NCBI GenBank assembly: GCA_035649635.1
Contig: DASRJE010000193.1
Location: 12,072 to 76,071, forward strand
Reading direction: 5' to 3'
Length of the DNA: 64,000 bases
Origin: Vicinamibacterales bacterium
Lineage (GTDB): Bacteria > Acidobacteriota > Vicinamibacteria > Vicinamibacterales > UBA2999
Shown: one piece after another, positions 9,275 to 17,332 of the stretch
Layout: every line of letters begins with the position of its first letter
How positions within the stretch are numbered: the stretch's first letter is position 1
Position numbers and translations under genes: made by a program
Notes under the pieces: model-generated
The model's input: only the letters and a program-made list of their open reading frames with translations
Told to the model about the DNA's origin: nothing
Database searches by the model: none

Positions 9275-10611
9275 TCGGCACGATCGGGCTGAGAACGACC
9301 GGCAAGATCGGTCGCCCGTGCACGGAGGATGAGGTCACTGGCTTTTTCCACGCGCGTAATCAATTCCCACCACTGCCAGCTGTAGCGATTGCGTTCGCTC
9401 ACGAGACGCGCGTCTTGCCAGTCGCGGCCATTCAGGCTTACCTCGACGCGCGCAATCGGCGCCGCACCGGACCATGCGACGCCGCGGATGGCCAATTCGC
9501 CCGGGCCCACCTCTGTATCCGGTAAGGGCTCGGTGATCAGCGCGCGGACCCGTTGCAACGTCACGGGCTCGCTGACGACTCGACCGTCGCGCTCCCATTG
9601 ATACCGGTACTTGTCCCCCTGGTAGTGTCCAGTGAATGCCCGGTCAATGACCTCGATCTCGGTCAACCACTTGACCGACGCGACCGCGTACCAGCGTGGA
9701 ACGATGAGACGCAGTGGATATCCGTGTTCGATCGGCAGTGGCTCGCCGTTCATCGCGTAGGCCAGGAGCACATCGCTGTCGCGCGCGTCGTCGATCCGCA
9801 GACTGCGCTCGAAGCGAATGGATTCCGATCGGCCGTCCACGGCACCGCCATCAGCGCCACGAAACAGCACGTCCTGCGCATCCTGCCGCACGCCGGCGCG
9901 ATCCAGGATCTCGACGAGCGGCACCCCGGTCCATTCCGCCGTGCTGACGGCGCCCAGCCCCCATTTCTCCCCCTCGGTGGGCCGATCGAACAGCGCCCGT
10001 CCATTGCCGGCGCACTCCAACGTGACGACCTGCGTTTTCGATCGCATGTTCTGGAGATCACGAACCGTGAAACTCTGTGACCGCTCGACGAGGCCGCCGA
10101 TCGCGAGCCGAAATGACGCCGCGTCGAGACTGGGCATACGGAAGTTGTTGCGCATATAGAAGCGCGCATTCGGCATGACGACGCCGCCAACGAGCGCCGC
10201 AAGAGACGTCTCGCAGTTGAGAGGATGCGCCCGGTGCACGACCATGCCGGCGTCGATCGCCTGCTGGCAGGCTTCTTCGGGATCCAGCGTCGGCACTTCT
10301 GCGCTCGCCGGCAGAGGCGCCCCACACCCACCGCTCGCGACTGTGCGCACGCACGTCGAAGCCGGGTAGATGTCGAGCGTGCCAGCCTGCTGGAACGGTT
10401 GCATGAACTCGCGAAGGCGGCTCTCGTCGGCAGCTTCGACGATCATGTACATGGTGTGCTCGCCTTGGACGACGGCTTCACCCTGGATCTGCAGTCCGAA
10501 CTTCCTGACGTTCGGGCGACTCAGGTGATTGAGAAGGCTGGCACCCATGAACGGATCCTGCGCAGGACAGCCGTCGGCCGGGTGCTGATGCCGGACGATG
10601 AACAAAGGCAT
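9214..10611 (-). CDS. Sulfite-oxidase-family molybdopterin oxidoreductase with an N-terminal extra domain
   Basis: ORF 9214..10650 trimmed to ATG 10611 (GGAG RBS). Core motifs FYMRNNFRMP, VVTLECAGNGR, GYPLRLIVPRWYAVASVKW, and an Ig-like dimerisation C-terminus. The first roughly 105 aa are additional. Confidence 0.85.
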   Translation of the reverse strand: MPLFIVRHQHPADGCPAQDPFMGASLLNHLSRPNVRKFGLQIQGEAVVQGEHTMYMIVEAADESRLREFMQPFQQAGTLDIYPASTCVRTVASGGCGAPLPASAEVPTLDPEEACQQAIDAGMVVHRAHPLNCETSLAALVGGVVMPNARFYMRNNFRMPSLDAASFRLAIGGLVERSQSFTVRDLQNMRSKTQVVTLECAGNGRALFDRPTEGEKWGLGAVSTAEWTGVPLVEILDRAGVRQDAQDVLFRGADGGAVDGRSESIRFERSLRIDDARDSDVLLAYAMNGEPLPIEHGYPLRLIVPRWYAVASVKWLTEIEVIDRAFTGHYQGDKYRYQWERDGRVVSEPVTLQRVRALITEPLPDTEVGPGELAIRGVAWSGAAPIARVEVSLNGRDWQDARLVSERNRYSWQWWELITRVEKASDLILRARATDLAGRSQPDRAEWNRLGYGNNAIQEVPIRVS

Positions 10612-10866
10612 TTGGTCTCCTCGATGCTCGGCTGTTCTAGTTTTCCACAAACGGGTGGCCGCCCTTTACTTCTTCTGAATCGACGGGAAGTCCAACATGC
10701 TTCCCCGCGACCTCTGACGACTGTGCCTGGCGCCAACCTGACCTACCCAAATCCACGCGCACACCTGGGCCTACTTTGGTCTTGCCGCGCTGTTCGTGGT
10801 TTCAGTAACGGCAATCGCACGCGACATATCCGACAGCATCGCTCAGCTGCAGCACGGAAGGCCATT

Positions 10867-11133
10867 CCGACCGAAAGCGTAACAGTGACTCGGCTGCGCA
10901 AGCAGCAGCATGCGCTCATGCGCTTCGACGACGCTATACCCGACGGTATCAGCGAGGCGATGAACGCGTCGGATGAGGAGTGGGGCGAAGAGCGCTTGAT
11001 GGATGCTGTAGGGCCCAATCGCGCCACCGCTGCGCGCACGCTCATCGACCGGGTGATGACGACGGCCGACACGTTCGTCGCCGGCGCCCCACAGCACGAC
11101 GACATGACCCTGCTCGTGGTGCGCGCCATCTAA
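10867..11133 (+). pseudogene. C-terminal stub of a SpoIIE/PP2C-type phosphatase
   Basis: The tail of ORF 10225..11133, ...DGISEAMNASDEEWGEERLMDAV...FVAGAPQHDDMTLLVVRAI, matches only the last 70-90 aa of SpoIIE-type phosphatases. The rest of that ORF is antisense to the molybdoenzyme gene. Confidence 0.6.
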
Positions 11134-11343
11134 GCAAGGTCCTTGGTCCTTCGGCCTGAGTCCCTGGTCCGCGTTTGACATCGACGCGGCCGTCCCTGGA
11201 TACTGCCGGGAGCGCGCTGACAGGGCGCCACCAACCCGCGGCAAGGGAATACTCCCACCTGTTTGGTCCAAAGTCGTGTGCGTGTGCACCTTCTTTCAGC
11301 CTGGTTTCAGCGGGGCACAGGCGATTCATGAAAGGAGGTCGCC

Positions 11344-12957
11344 ATGACCACTTCGAAGTCCCTCCCGACTCGTCCGTCCCTCGAGTCTCTCCGCAAACAG
11401 GCAAAGAAACTGGCGCGCGACGTCGCCGCCGGTCATGCAGACGCGATCGCCCGTGCAAGACTGCACCTCCCCCACGTCGACCAACCCATCACCCAGCGCA
11501 ACGCGCAACTCGTGATCGCGCGTGAGTACGGCTTTGCCGGCTGGCAGGACCTCATCGCCGAGGTGAGCAAACGTCTTGGCCGCGGTCTCGAGTGGGCGGC
11601 AGCGCAGGCTCGACGCGCCATTCACGACAACGACGTCGAGCGCCTGAAGCAACTGTTGGCTGAATATCCGGCGTTGCTGTCCTGGCAAGGCACCGAATGG
11701 GACGGTAAAGGCGGCCTGCTGGGAATCGCGACGGGCGCCTATGCCGACGCAGGAGACCCGCAGAGAGAACAGTGGTTCACGCGCGGGGCGTGCGCCGAAC
11801 TGTTGATCGACGCCGGCGCCATCGTGCCGCCATCGGTATGCGAGGGCCTCATCGAATCCCGTGCAAAGGGCCTGCTGCAGTTGTTTCACCGCAAGGGCCT
11901 GCTTCCGCGCACACTCAAGTTCTTTGCCGCGCTTGGTGAACTCGATGCTGTTCGCGACGCTCTGGACGATGACGGGCACGATCTCGCGATGGTCAACGAT
12001 GTGTTCATCTGCGCCTGCCGCTTCGGCCACGAGGCCGTCGCCTCACTTTTGCTGGAGCGATCCATCTCGCTCGATCCCGAGCTCGGCAAGCAGGTGGATG
12101 GAAGCCTGGGTCGCCCCGCCTTCGTCAAGTACTTCATCGACACGCGCGTCGCGCACGCGACGGCAGCCCTCGGACCGTGGAAGGCGTTTGTCATGGAGCA
12201 GGTCAGCCGCGCGGCCCACGATGGCGATGTGACGGCATTCGTCAGCACGTTGCAGCATGAGCGGTGGCTGCTCGGTGAAGCGCACGTGGAGTTTCAGGCT
12301 GGGCTCATCGGGGCGGCAACGCTGAACGATCGCGGGGGAATCATTATTGCCCTCCTCGATCTGGATCCGGCACTCCTCCGGCGGCAACGGCCAACCGAAT
12401 GGCAACCGTTCGAATTTGCGTTCACCTATGCGAAGGCACACCTCATCCCACTGCTCACCCGCCTCCGGCCGGTGCCGGACGATCTGCCGCATGCGGCAGG
12501 CATGGGCGACCTCGCCCGGGTGAAGCGCTGGTTCGACGAGTCCGGCGCGCCCGCGCTGGGCGATCTCGACAATCACTATCCCTGCAACAGCGTGCACGCG
12601 CGGAAGTACGATGACCTCCACTGGGGCCCGCCCGATGCGCAGCATGTGGTAGATACGGCGCTCGCATGGTCCGTCATCAACCGTCACTTCGACGTGGCGG
12701 ACTTCCTGCTCGAGCACGGCGCAAACATCAACACCAACTGGAACTCGCACGAGCCGGCGAGCATCCTGCACCATCTGGTTTTCTTGCCGAACCCTTACGA
12801 GTCGATGCAATTCCTCATCGATCGCGGCATCGACCTGACCATCAGGGACTACCGTTGGAACAGTAACGCAGTCGGTTGGGCGCGCCACGGCAACAACGAC
12901 GAGACGATGGCTCAATGGCTGGAGGCGGCGGGGCGGCAGCGGGAACTGAAACGATGA
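11344..12957 (+). CDS. Ankyrin-repeat-like protein
   Basis: ORF 11344..12957 with an AGGAGG-like RBS. N-terminus SLESLRKQAKKLARDV...AQLVIAREYGFAGWQDL, plus repeated helix-turn units (ELLIDAGA, LLLERSISLD, DFLLEHGANIN, FLIDRGIDL). Confidence 0.7.
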   Translation: MTTSKSLPTRPSLESLRKQAKKLARDVAAGHADAIARARLHLPHVDQPITQRNAQLVIAREYGFAGWQDLIAEVSKRLGRGLEWAAAQARRAIHDNDVERLKQLLAEYPALLSWQGTEWDGKGGLLGIATGAYADAGDPQREQWFTRGACAELLIDAGAIVPPSVCEGLIESRAKGLLQLFHRKGLLPRTLKFFAALGELDAVRDALDDDGHDLAMVNDVFICACRFGHEAVASLLLERSISLDPELGKQVDGSLGRPAFVKYFIDTRVAHATAALGPWKAFVMEQVSRAAHDGDVTAFVSTLQHERWLLGEAHVEFQAGLIGAATLNDRGGIIIALLDLDPALLRRQRPTEWQPFEFAFTYAKAHLIPLLTRLRPVPDDLPHAAGMGDLARVKRWFDESGAPALGDLDNHYPCNSVHARKYDDLHWGPPDAQHVVDTALAWSVINRHFDVADFLLEHGANINTNWNSHEPASILHHLVFLPNPYESMQFLIDRGIDLTIRDYRWNSNAVGWARHGNNDETMAQWLEAAGRQRELKR

Positions 12958-13040
12958 CCACACCCAAAGTGCGTGGATATCGCACCAGGCAGAGTCGCTG
13001 GCAAGGTGATCAGCGCGCATCCTCATGAACCAGGAGCCAC

Positions 13041-13649
13041 ATGGCCAAGCGGACCAGGTTGACGAAGACAATGACCGAGAGGCAGTTCGAGAACGGTTAT
13101 TGGTATGCGACCGAGCTGAGAGAGTTCGCGATGAAGATCGGAATTCCGTCGGCCAACAAGCTGCGGAAGGACGAGCTCGAGCGGGCGCTCAAACACTTCA
13201 TCCGAACAGGTGAATCCAGGAACCTGGTCAAGCGCGGGCTCCTGAAATCAGGTCCGCGTGATGTCGACATGGGTCTCCGTCTCGATCTCCCCGTCGTTCA
13301 CTACACGAGCAACAGAGAGACGAAAGATTTCATCCAGCGGGAGGCCTCCAGGATCGAGCCCGGGTTCAAGCGCGCCTCGGGTACGCGCTACTTGCTCAAC
13401 CGCTGGCGTGAGGCGCAGATCAGTAGTGGTCGACGGATCACGTACGGCGATCTGGTCAAGGAAGCCATCCGGCTCAATAAGACGAAGCAGGGTCCGCTTC
13501 GCATCGAGCACGGGCGTTACATCAACTTCATCTCCGACTTCATGCGGGCGAACAAGAACGCGTCGCAAGCAGACGCCGTCCGAGCATGGAAGGAGATCAA
13601 GACAATGGACGCGCCCAAGACATTCGCCGCATGGGCCAAAGCTCGCTGA
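13041..13649 (+). CDS. SAP-motif-like hypothetical protein
   Basis: ORF 13041..13649. ELREFAMKIGIPSANKLRKDELERALKHFI resembles a SAP helix-extended-helix. It is basic. GC is about 57 % over the first 220 nt (hand count), below the neighbouring genes. Confidence 0.6.
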   Translation: MAKRTRLTKTMTERQFENGYWYATELREFAMKIGIPSANKLRKDELERALKHFIRTGESRNLVKRGLLKSGPRDVDMGLRLDLPVVHYTSNRETKDFIQREASRIEPGFKRASGTRYLLNRWREAQISSGRRITYGDLVKEAIRLNKTKQGPLRIEHGRYINFISDFMRANKNASQADAVRAWKEIKTMDAPKTFAAWAKAR

Positions 13650-14122
13650 TCCCCGTGGCGATCGCTGCGCGCCAACACCAGCTCATAGATCGCGCTCTCG
13701 CGCGTCTCGCGCCGCGTCTTCAGTTTGAACCGATCCGAGAGCATCGCCCGCAGCATGATGTTGATCGCGTCAGCCGTCACGACTGCGCCATCGGGCGCCT
13801 TCGCCTCGATGTCATACGGCTCGCCCTGCAGCCAGTCGGATCCGCCGGTGAGCTGGAAGGAGAGGATCCCATACGCCCGCCGGATGACCTCCTGCACGGG
13901 CAGGTTGCGGACCGACACTCGGCCGCCAGGCTGGACGGCCATCATCGACCTCGCGCCACCGCCGGTACTGCGCTTGATGGACACGACTTCGAAACGCGGT
14001 TCCTGCGGAGCGGGAGTCTGCGCATCGAGATCGGCACCAGCGGCCAGACTGACGAATGCCGCAAGGGCGACACCCGGCCAGGACACCCTGTTTCGGCGGG
14101 CGTTCGGGTCGTGTGTGTTCAT
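13517..14122 (-). pseudogene. TIGR03435-family (Solibacter-type) protein, 3'-truncated
   Basis: ORF 13517..14179 trimmed to ATG 14122. It has a signal peptide, then PRFEVVSIKRS...FQLTGGSDWL...YDIEAKAP...RFKLKTRRETRESAIYELVLARSD. Family-like sequence stops near 13661. The last roughly 45 codons are antisense to the SAP-like gene. Confidence 0.6.
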
Positions 14123-14290
14123 TCGCAATTCTCTCCCTGAGGTTGATAGCCCTATGCCCTGGCTAACCGCCGTCACCATAGGCGTGACTGGCCCTCACGG
14201 CGACGTTTTTCCACGCCCGAGAGCACCTCGATCACCCGAGATAACTGCGCCCCGATCGGCGCTGGCAAGAGTAGCTTTCATCACGGGCAG

Positions 14291-15193
14291 CTAGCGCCTC
14301 GTGATTTTCATGACCGTCATCCGTGACGCGCCGGAGACGTAGATCGACCCGTCGGTATCGATACCCATCCCATGCGCGCGATCCGCGGAGACGCTGTCGA
14401 TCCGCTTCCCGTTCTTCACGATGTTGACGATGCCGGCATTCACATCGCTGATGTAGACCGTATCGTCGGCGGCAACGGCGATCCCACCGCGGGAGGGAAA
14501 CGGCCACGACTCCACGAATTTCCCATCCTTGTCGAACACGGACACACGCTGGTTGTCGCTGTCGTTGATCAGGATGCGGCCCTTCGAGTCCAGAGCGACG
14601 CCGTGCGGGAGCTGCAGCTGTCCCGGCTGGGAACCCTTCACCCCGCCAATGTTGCGGACAAATTGTCCGCTCGCGGAGTACTGCACCACCCGCGCATTCA
14701 CGTACCCATCGGACACGTAGATGTCGCCGTTCGGCGCAACGGCGACGTGGTTAGGCTGATTGAACAGATCTCCGGATGTGTTGTCGCCGGCGACACCCTT
14801 TTTGCCCAGCGTCATCAGCATGCGTCCGTCCGCGCTGAACTTGTGGACGACATGAGCCGCGGAGTCTGTCACCCACAAAGCCCCCTGCGCATCGATCGTC
14901 ACGCTATGTGCGCTGTCGAACAGCCCGTCGTCTCCGAAGGCTTTCACCCAGGCGCCATCGCGGGTCAGCACTCGAAAGTACGGCGCGGTTCGCACCAGCA
15001 CCACGACCTGTCCCTTTCCGTCCGCCGTGATCCACGACGTATTCCCATTCCAGGTCGTGCCGGCTGGAAGTCGAGCCCAGTTCGCATCGACCTTGTACTT
15101 CTCGCCGGACTGCGCCGAGACTCCCGGCACGTCGCCCAGGGTGAAGCTCACCACAAGCGCTGAAAGAACGGAGGCGATCACGCGTCTGCTCAC
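14291..15193 (-). CDS. Secreted NHL-repeat beta-propeller protein
   Basis: ORF 14291..15448 trimmed to GTG 15193 (GAAGGAG RBS). It has a signal peptide and repeated NHL-like units (HSVTIDAQGALWVTDSAAHVVHKFS, NHVAVAPNGDIYVSDGYVNARVVQYS, HGVALDSKGRILINDSDNQRVSVF). Confidence 0.8.
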   Translation of the reverse strand: MSRRVIASVLSALVVSFTLGDVPGVSAQSGEKYKVDANWARLPAGTTWNGNTSWITADGKGQVVVLVRTAPYFRVLTRDGAWVKAFGDDGLFDSAHSVTIDAQGALWVTDSAAHVVHKFSADGRMLMTLGKKGVAGDNTSGDLFNQPNHVAVAPNGDIYVSDGYVNARVVQYSASGQFVRNIGGVKGSQPGQLQLPHGVALDSKGRILINDSDNQRVSVFDKDGKFVESWPFPSRGGIAVAADDTVYISDVNAGIVNIVKNGKRIDSVSADRAHGMGIDTDGSIYVSGASRMTVMKITRR

Positions 15194-15463
15194 GTCTGGC
15201 TCCTTCGATCGTCGATGGCGTCCCGGATCCTGCCACAGATCTTCGCTGCGTTTGCATAGGCGGCAGAAGCGGGTCGCATCATACGTGAACCGATGCGACC
15301 GCCTCGCGAACCTGCGATGCACCTCGGTTAGCCCGTTATGCAGGCTCAAGCCCGAATCTTGTACTCGTGCGACGGCATAACGGCCTAGGCGCGCAGAGCG
15401 CGCCAAAGAGACGCTGTCGACTAGTCGAGGGCTTCGCCGGGATATCAAGGACGGAACCCTTGA

Positions 15464-15907
15464 CTAGTCGGGAATCTCGGCCTCGACAAGCTTCGCCAGC
15501 AAGGTGAGTGACTCCTGCCAGCCCAGGGTGCAGGCCTCCGGAGGTATGACATCGGGGAGTCCGTCCTGCACGATGTTCACCTCGGTGCCGACGACCACCT
15601 TCTTCAGGCTCACCGTGACCTTCATCTCACCCGGCAGGTTCGGGTCGTCGAACCGGTCCGTCCAGCGGATGCGTTCGTTCGGGACCAACTCGAGGTACTC
15701 GCCGCCGAAGGAATGGCTCTTGCCCGAGGTGAAATTGGTAAACGACATCTTGTATGTGCCGCCCACACGAGGATCCATGTGATGAACCTTGCCGGTGAAT
15801 CCGTTTGGTGGCAGCCACTTGACCATGGCATCGGGATCGATGAACGCTCGGTAGACTCTCTCGGGCGTCGCCCGCAGCACTCGATGAAACTGAACCGTGT
15901 ACGGCAT
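15464..15907 (-). CDS. SRPBCC / AHSA1-like domain protein
   Basis: ORF 15464..16015 trimmed to ATG 15907 (GAGGAG RBS). The sequence FHRVLRATPERVYRAFIDPDAMVKWLPP...GGTYKMSF is typical. Confidence 0.85.
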   Translation of the reverse strand: MPYTVQFHRVLRATPERVYRAFIDPDAMVKWLPPNGFTGKVHHMDPRVGGTYKMSFTNFTSGKSHSFGGEYLELVPNERIRWTDRFDDPNLPGEMKVTVSLKKVVVGTEVNIVQDGLPDVIPPEACTLGWQESLTLLAKLVEAEIPD

Positions 15908-16002
15908 GACCTGCTCCTCAATGGCACCCTGGTGCCGTTTATTCTGAACATTAGACCGGCGATCTCGGTGCGAATCATCGGTCAGCGGTTTGAATCGCAC
16001 GG

Positions 16003-16890
16003 ATGATGCTGGCACTGTACGACATTGATATGACGCACGAGACCGGTGACGACCAGACCAGGCTTTGGAACGGACCGGGCGGAGACGCCTGGGTCGACGA
16101 GCAGGAGTTACTCGATCGGTTGCTCAAGCCATTCGAAACGCTGCTCATCGAAGCCGTTGCGGCGCGCTCCCCAAAACAGCTGCTCGACGTCGGCTGCGGC
16201 ACGGGCAGCACGACGCTCGCCGCCGCGCGCTTGCTCGGAGCACAGGGTCGTTGCATCGGCGTCGACATTTCGGCCCCGATGATCGCGGCCGCGCGCGCAC
16301 GCGCCGAACGCGAGGGCTCCCAGGCCCGCTTCATCTGCGCCAACGCAGAGGACCACGCGTTCGATCCCGCGAGCGCTGACATGATCATTTCGCGATTCGG
16401 CGTGATGTTCTTCGACGACTCGGTACGCGCCTTCGCTAATCTGCGGCGCGCCGCGACTGGCGATGCCGAGATGCGGTGCATCGCATGGCGGAGTGCCGCA
16501 GAGAATCCGTTCATGACGGCGGCTGAGCGCGCCGCCGCACCGCTGCTGCCGAATCTTCCCGTCCGCCGGCCTGATGCGCCGGGACAGTTCGCCTTCGGCA
16601 ACCGCGATCGCGTGCGCAGCATCCTGGAGAAGAGCGGCTGGGCTGAGATTGATATCCGGCCGATCGACGTTGCCAGCGCGCTACCCGAGAAAGAGCTGGT
16701 CCGATATGTGACGCGCTTCGGTCCGGTTGGCCGCATCCTGCAAGACGCAGACGCCCAGACGCGCGCCCGGGTCATCGACGCGATCCGCCCGGCTTTTGAT
16801 CCCTATGTTCACGGAGATGAAGTCCGCGTTGTTGCCGCTTGCTGGATCATCTGCGGCCAGGCTGATCCGTCATATCCGAGCTCCCAATAG
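16003..16890 (+). CDS. Class I SAM-dependent methyltransferase
   Basis: ORF 16003..16890. Motif I LLDVGCGTGSTT, followed by VDISAPMI. The start is uncertain (16003 or 16030). Confidence 0.85.
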   Translation: MMLALYDIDMTHETGDDQTRLWNGPGGDAWVDEQELLDRLLKPFETLLIEAVAARSPKQLLDVGCGTGSTTLAAARLLGAQGRCIGVDISAPMIAAARARAEREGSQARFICANAEDHAFDPASADMIISRFGVMFFDDSVRAFANLRRAATGDAEMRCIAWRSAAENPFMTAAERAAAPLLPNLPVRRPDAPGQFAFGNRDRVRSILEKSGWAEIDIRPIDVASALPEKELVRYVTRFGPVGRILQDADAQTRARVIDAIRPAFDPYVHGDEVRVVAACWIICGQADPSYPSSQ

Positions 16891-16945
16891 GGAATAGCGG
16901 CTTCATGGCACTGAGAATCATCTCTACACGCCGGGAATCTATCCA

Positions 16946-16973
16946 TTGACAATATACGCATAGTGGCTATAGT
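16946..16973 (+). promoter_or_regulatory. Sigma-70-like promoter TTGACA-16 nt-TATAGT in front of the padR-permease operon
   Basis: TTGACA at 16946-16951 and TATAGT at 16968-16973. The GTG start of padR is at 16982, implying a leaderless or near-leaderless mRNA. Confidence 0.5.
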
Positions 16974-16981
16974 CTGGGCGC

Positions 16982-17332
16982 GTGGACGACGTCGCGCAGC
17001 TGCTCCCACTCCCACCTGTGACCTTTCATATCCTCTTGGCGCTTGCCGACGAGGACCGCCACGGTTACGCAATCATCAAGGAGGTCTCGCTGCGCACGCG
17101 CGGCGAGCTGACACTCAGTGCCGGCACGCTCTACCGCTCGATTCACCGCATGCTCGAACAGGGGCTCGTGGTGGAGTTGCGTGAGCGACCCGCGCCGGAG
17201 GAGGACGACGAGCGTCGGCGCTACTATCAAATCACCAAGTTCGGAATCGAGGCGGCCAAGGCTGAATCGCGTCGTCTCGAGCAATTAGTCAAGCTTGCCC
17301 GGCAGAGTGGCTTCGCGCCTGGGAGGGCGTGA
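16982..17332 (+). CDS. PadR-family transcriptional regulator (acidobacterial type)
   Basis: ORF 16982..17332. HILLALADEDRHGYAIIKEV...GTLYRSIHRMLEQGLV...RRRYYQITKFG is the PadR winged helix. It overlaps the permease start. Confidence 0.9.
   Translation: MDDVAQLLPLPPVTFHILLALADEDRHGYAIIKEVSLRTRGELTLSAGTLYRSIHRMLEQGLVVELRERPAPEEDDERRRYYQITKFGIEAAKAESRRLEQLVKLARQSGFAPGRA

Noticed and set aside
10612-10740. A possible Moco riboswitch or other leader structure upstream of the sulfite-oxidase-family gene
   Set aside because: Only a small hairpin (GGGAAG-9 nt-CTTCCC, 10685-10705) is present. I could not recognise the conserved Moco-riboswitch core.
10225-10866. The first roughly 210 codons of ORF 10225..11133
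   Set aside because: It is antisense to the molybdoenzyme gene up to 10611 and featureless after that. Only the final 70-90 codons resemble a phosphatase.
11175-11204. TTGACA-18 nt-GATACT promoter-like match upstream of the ankyrin-like gene
   Set aside because: It lies about 140 nt from the ATG, the -10 match is weak, and there is no supporting feature. It is too speculative to list.
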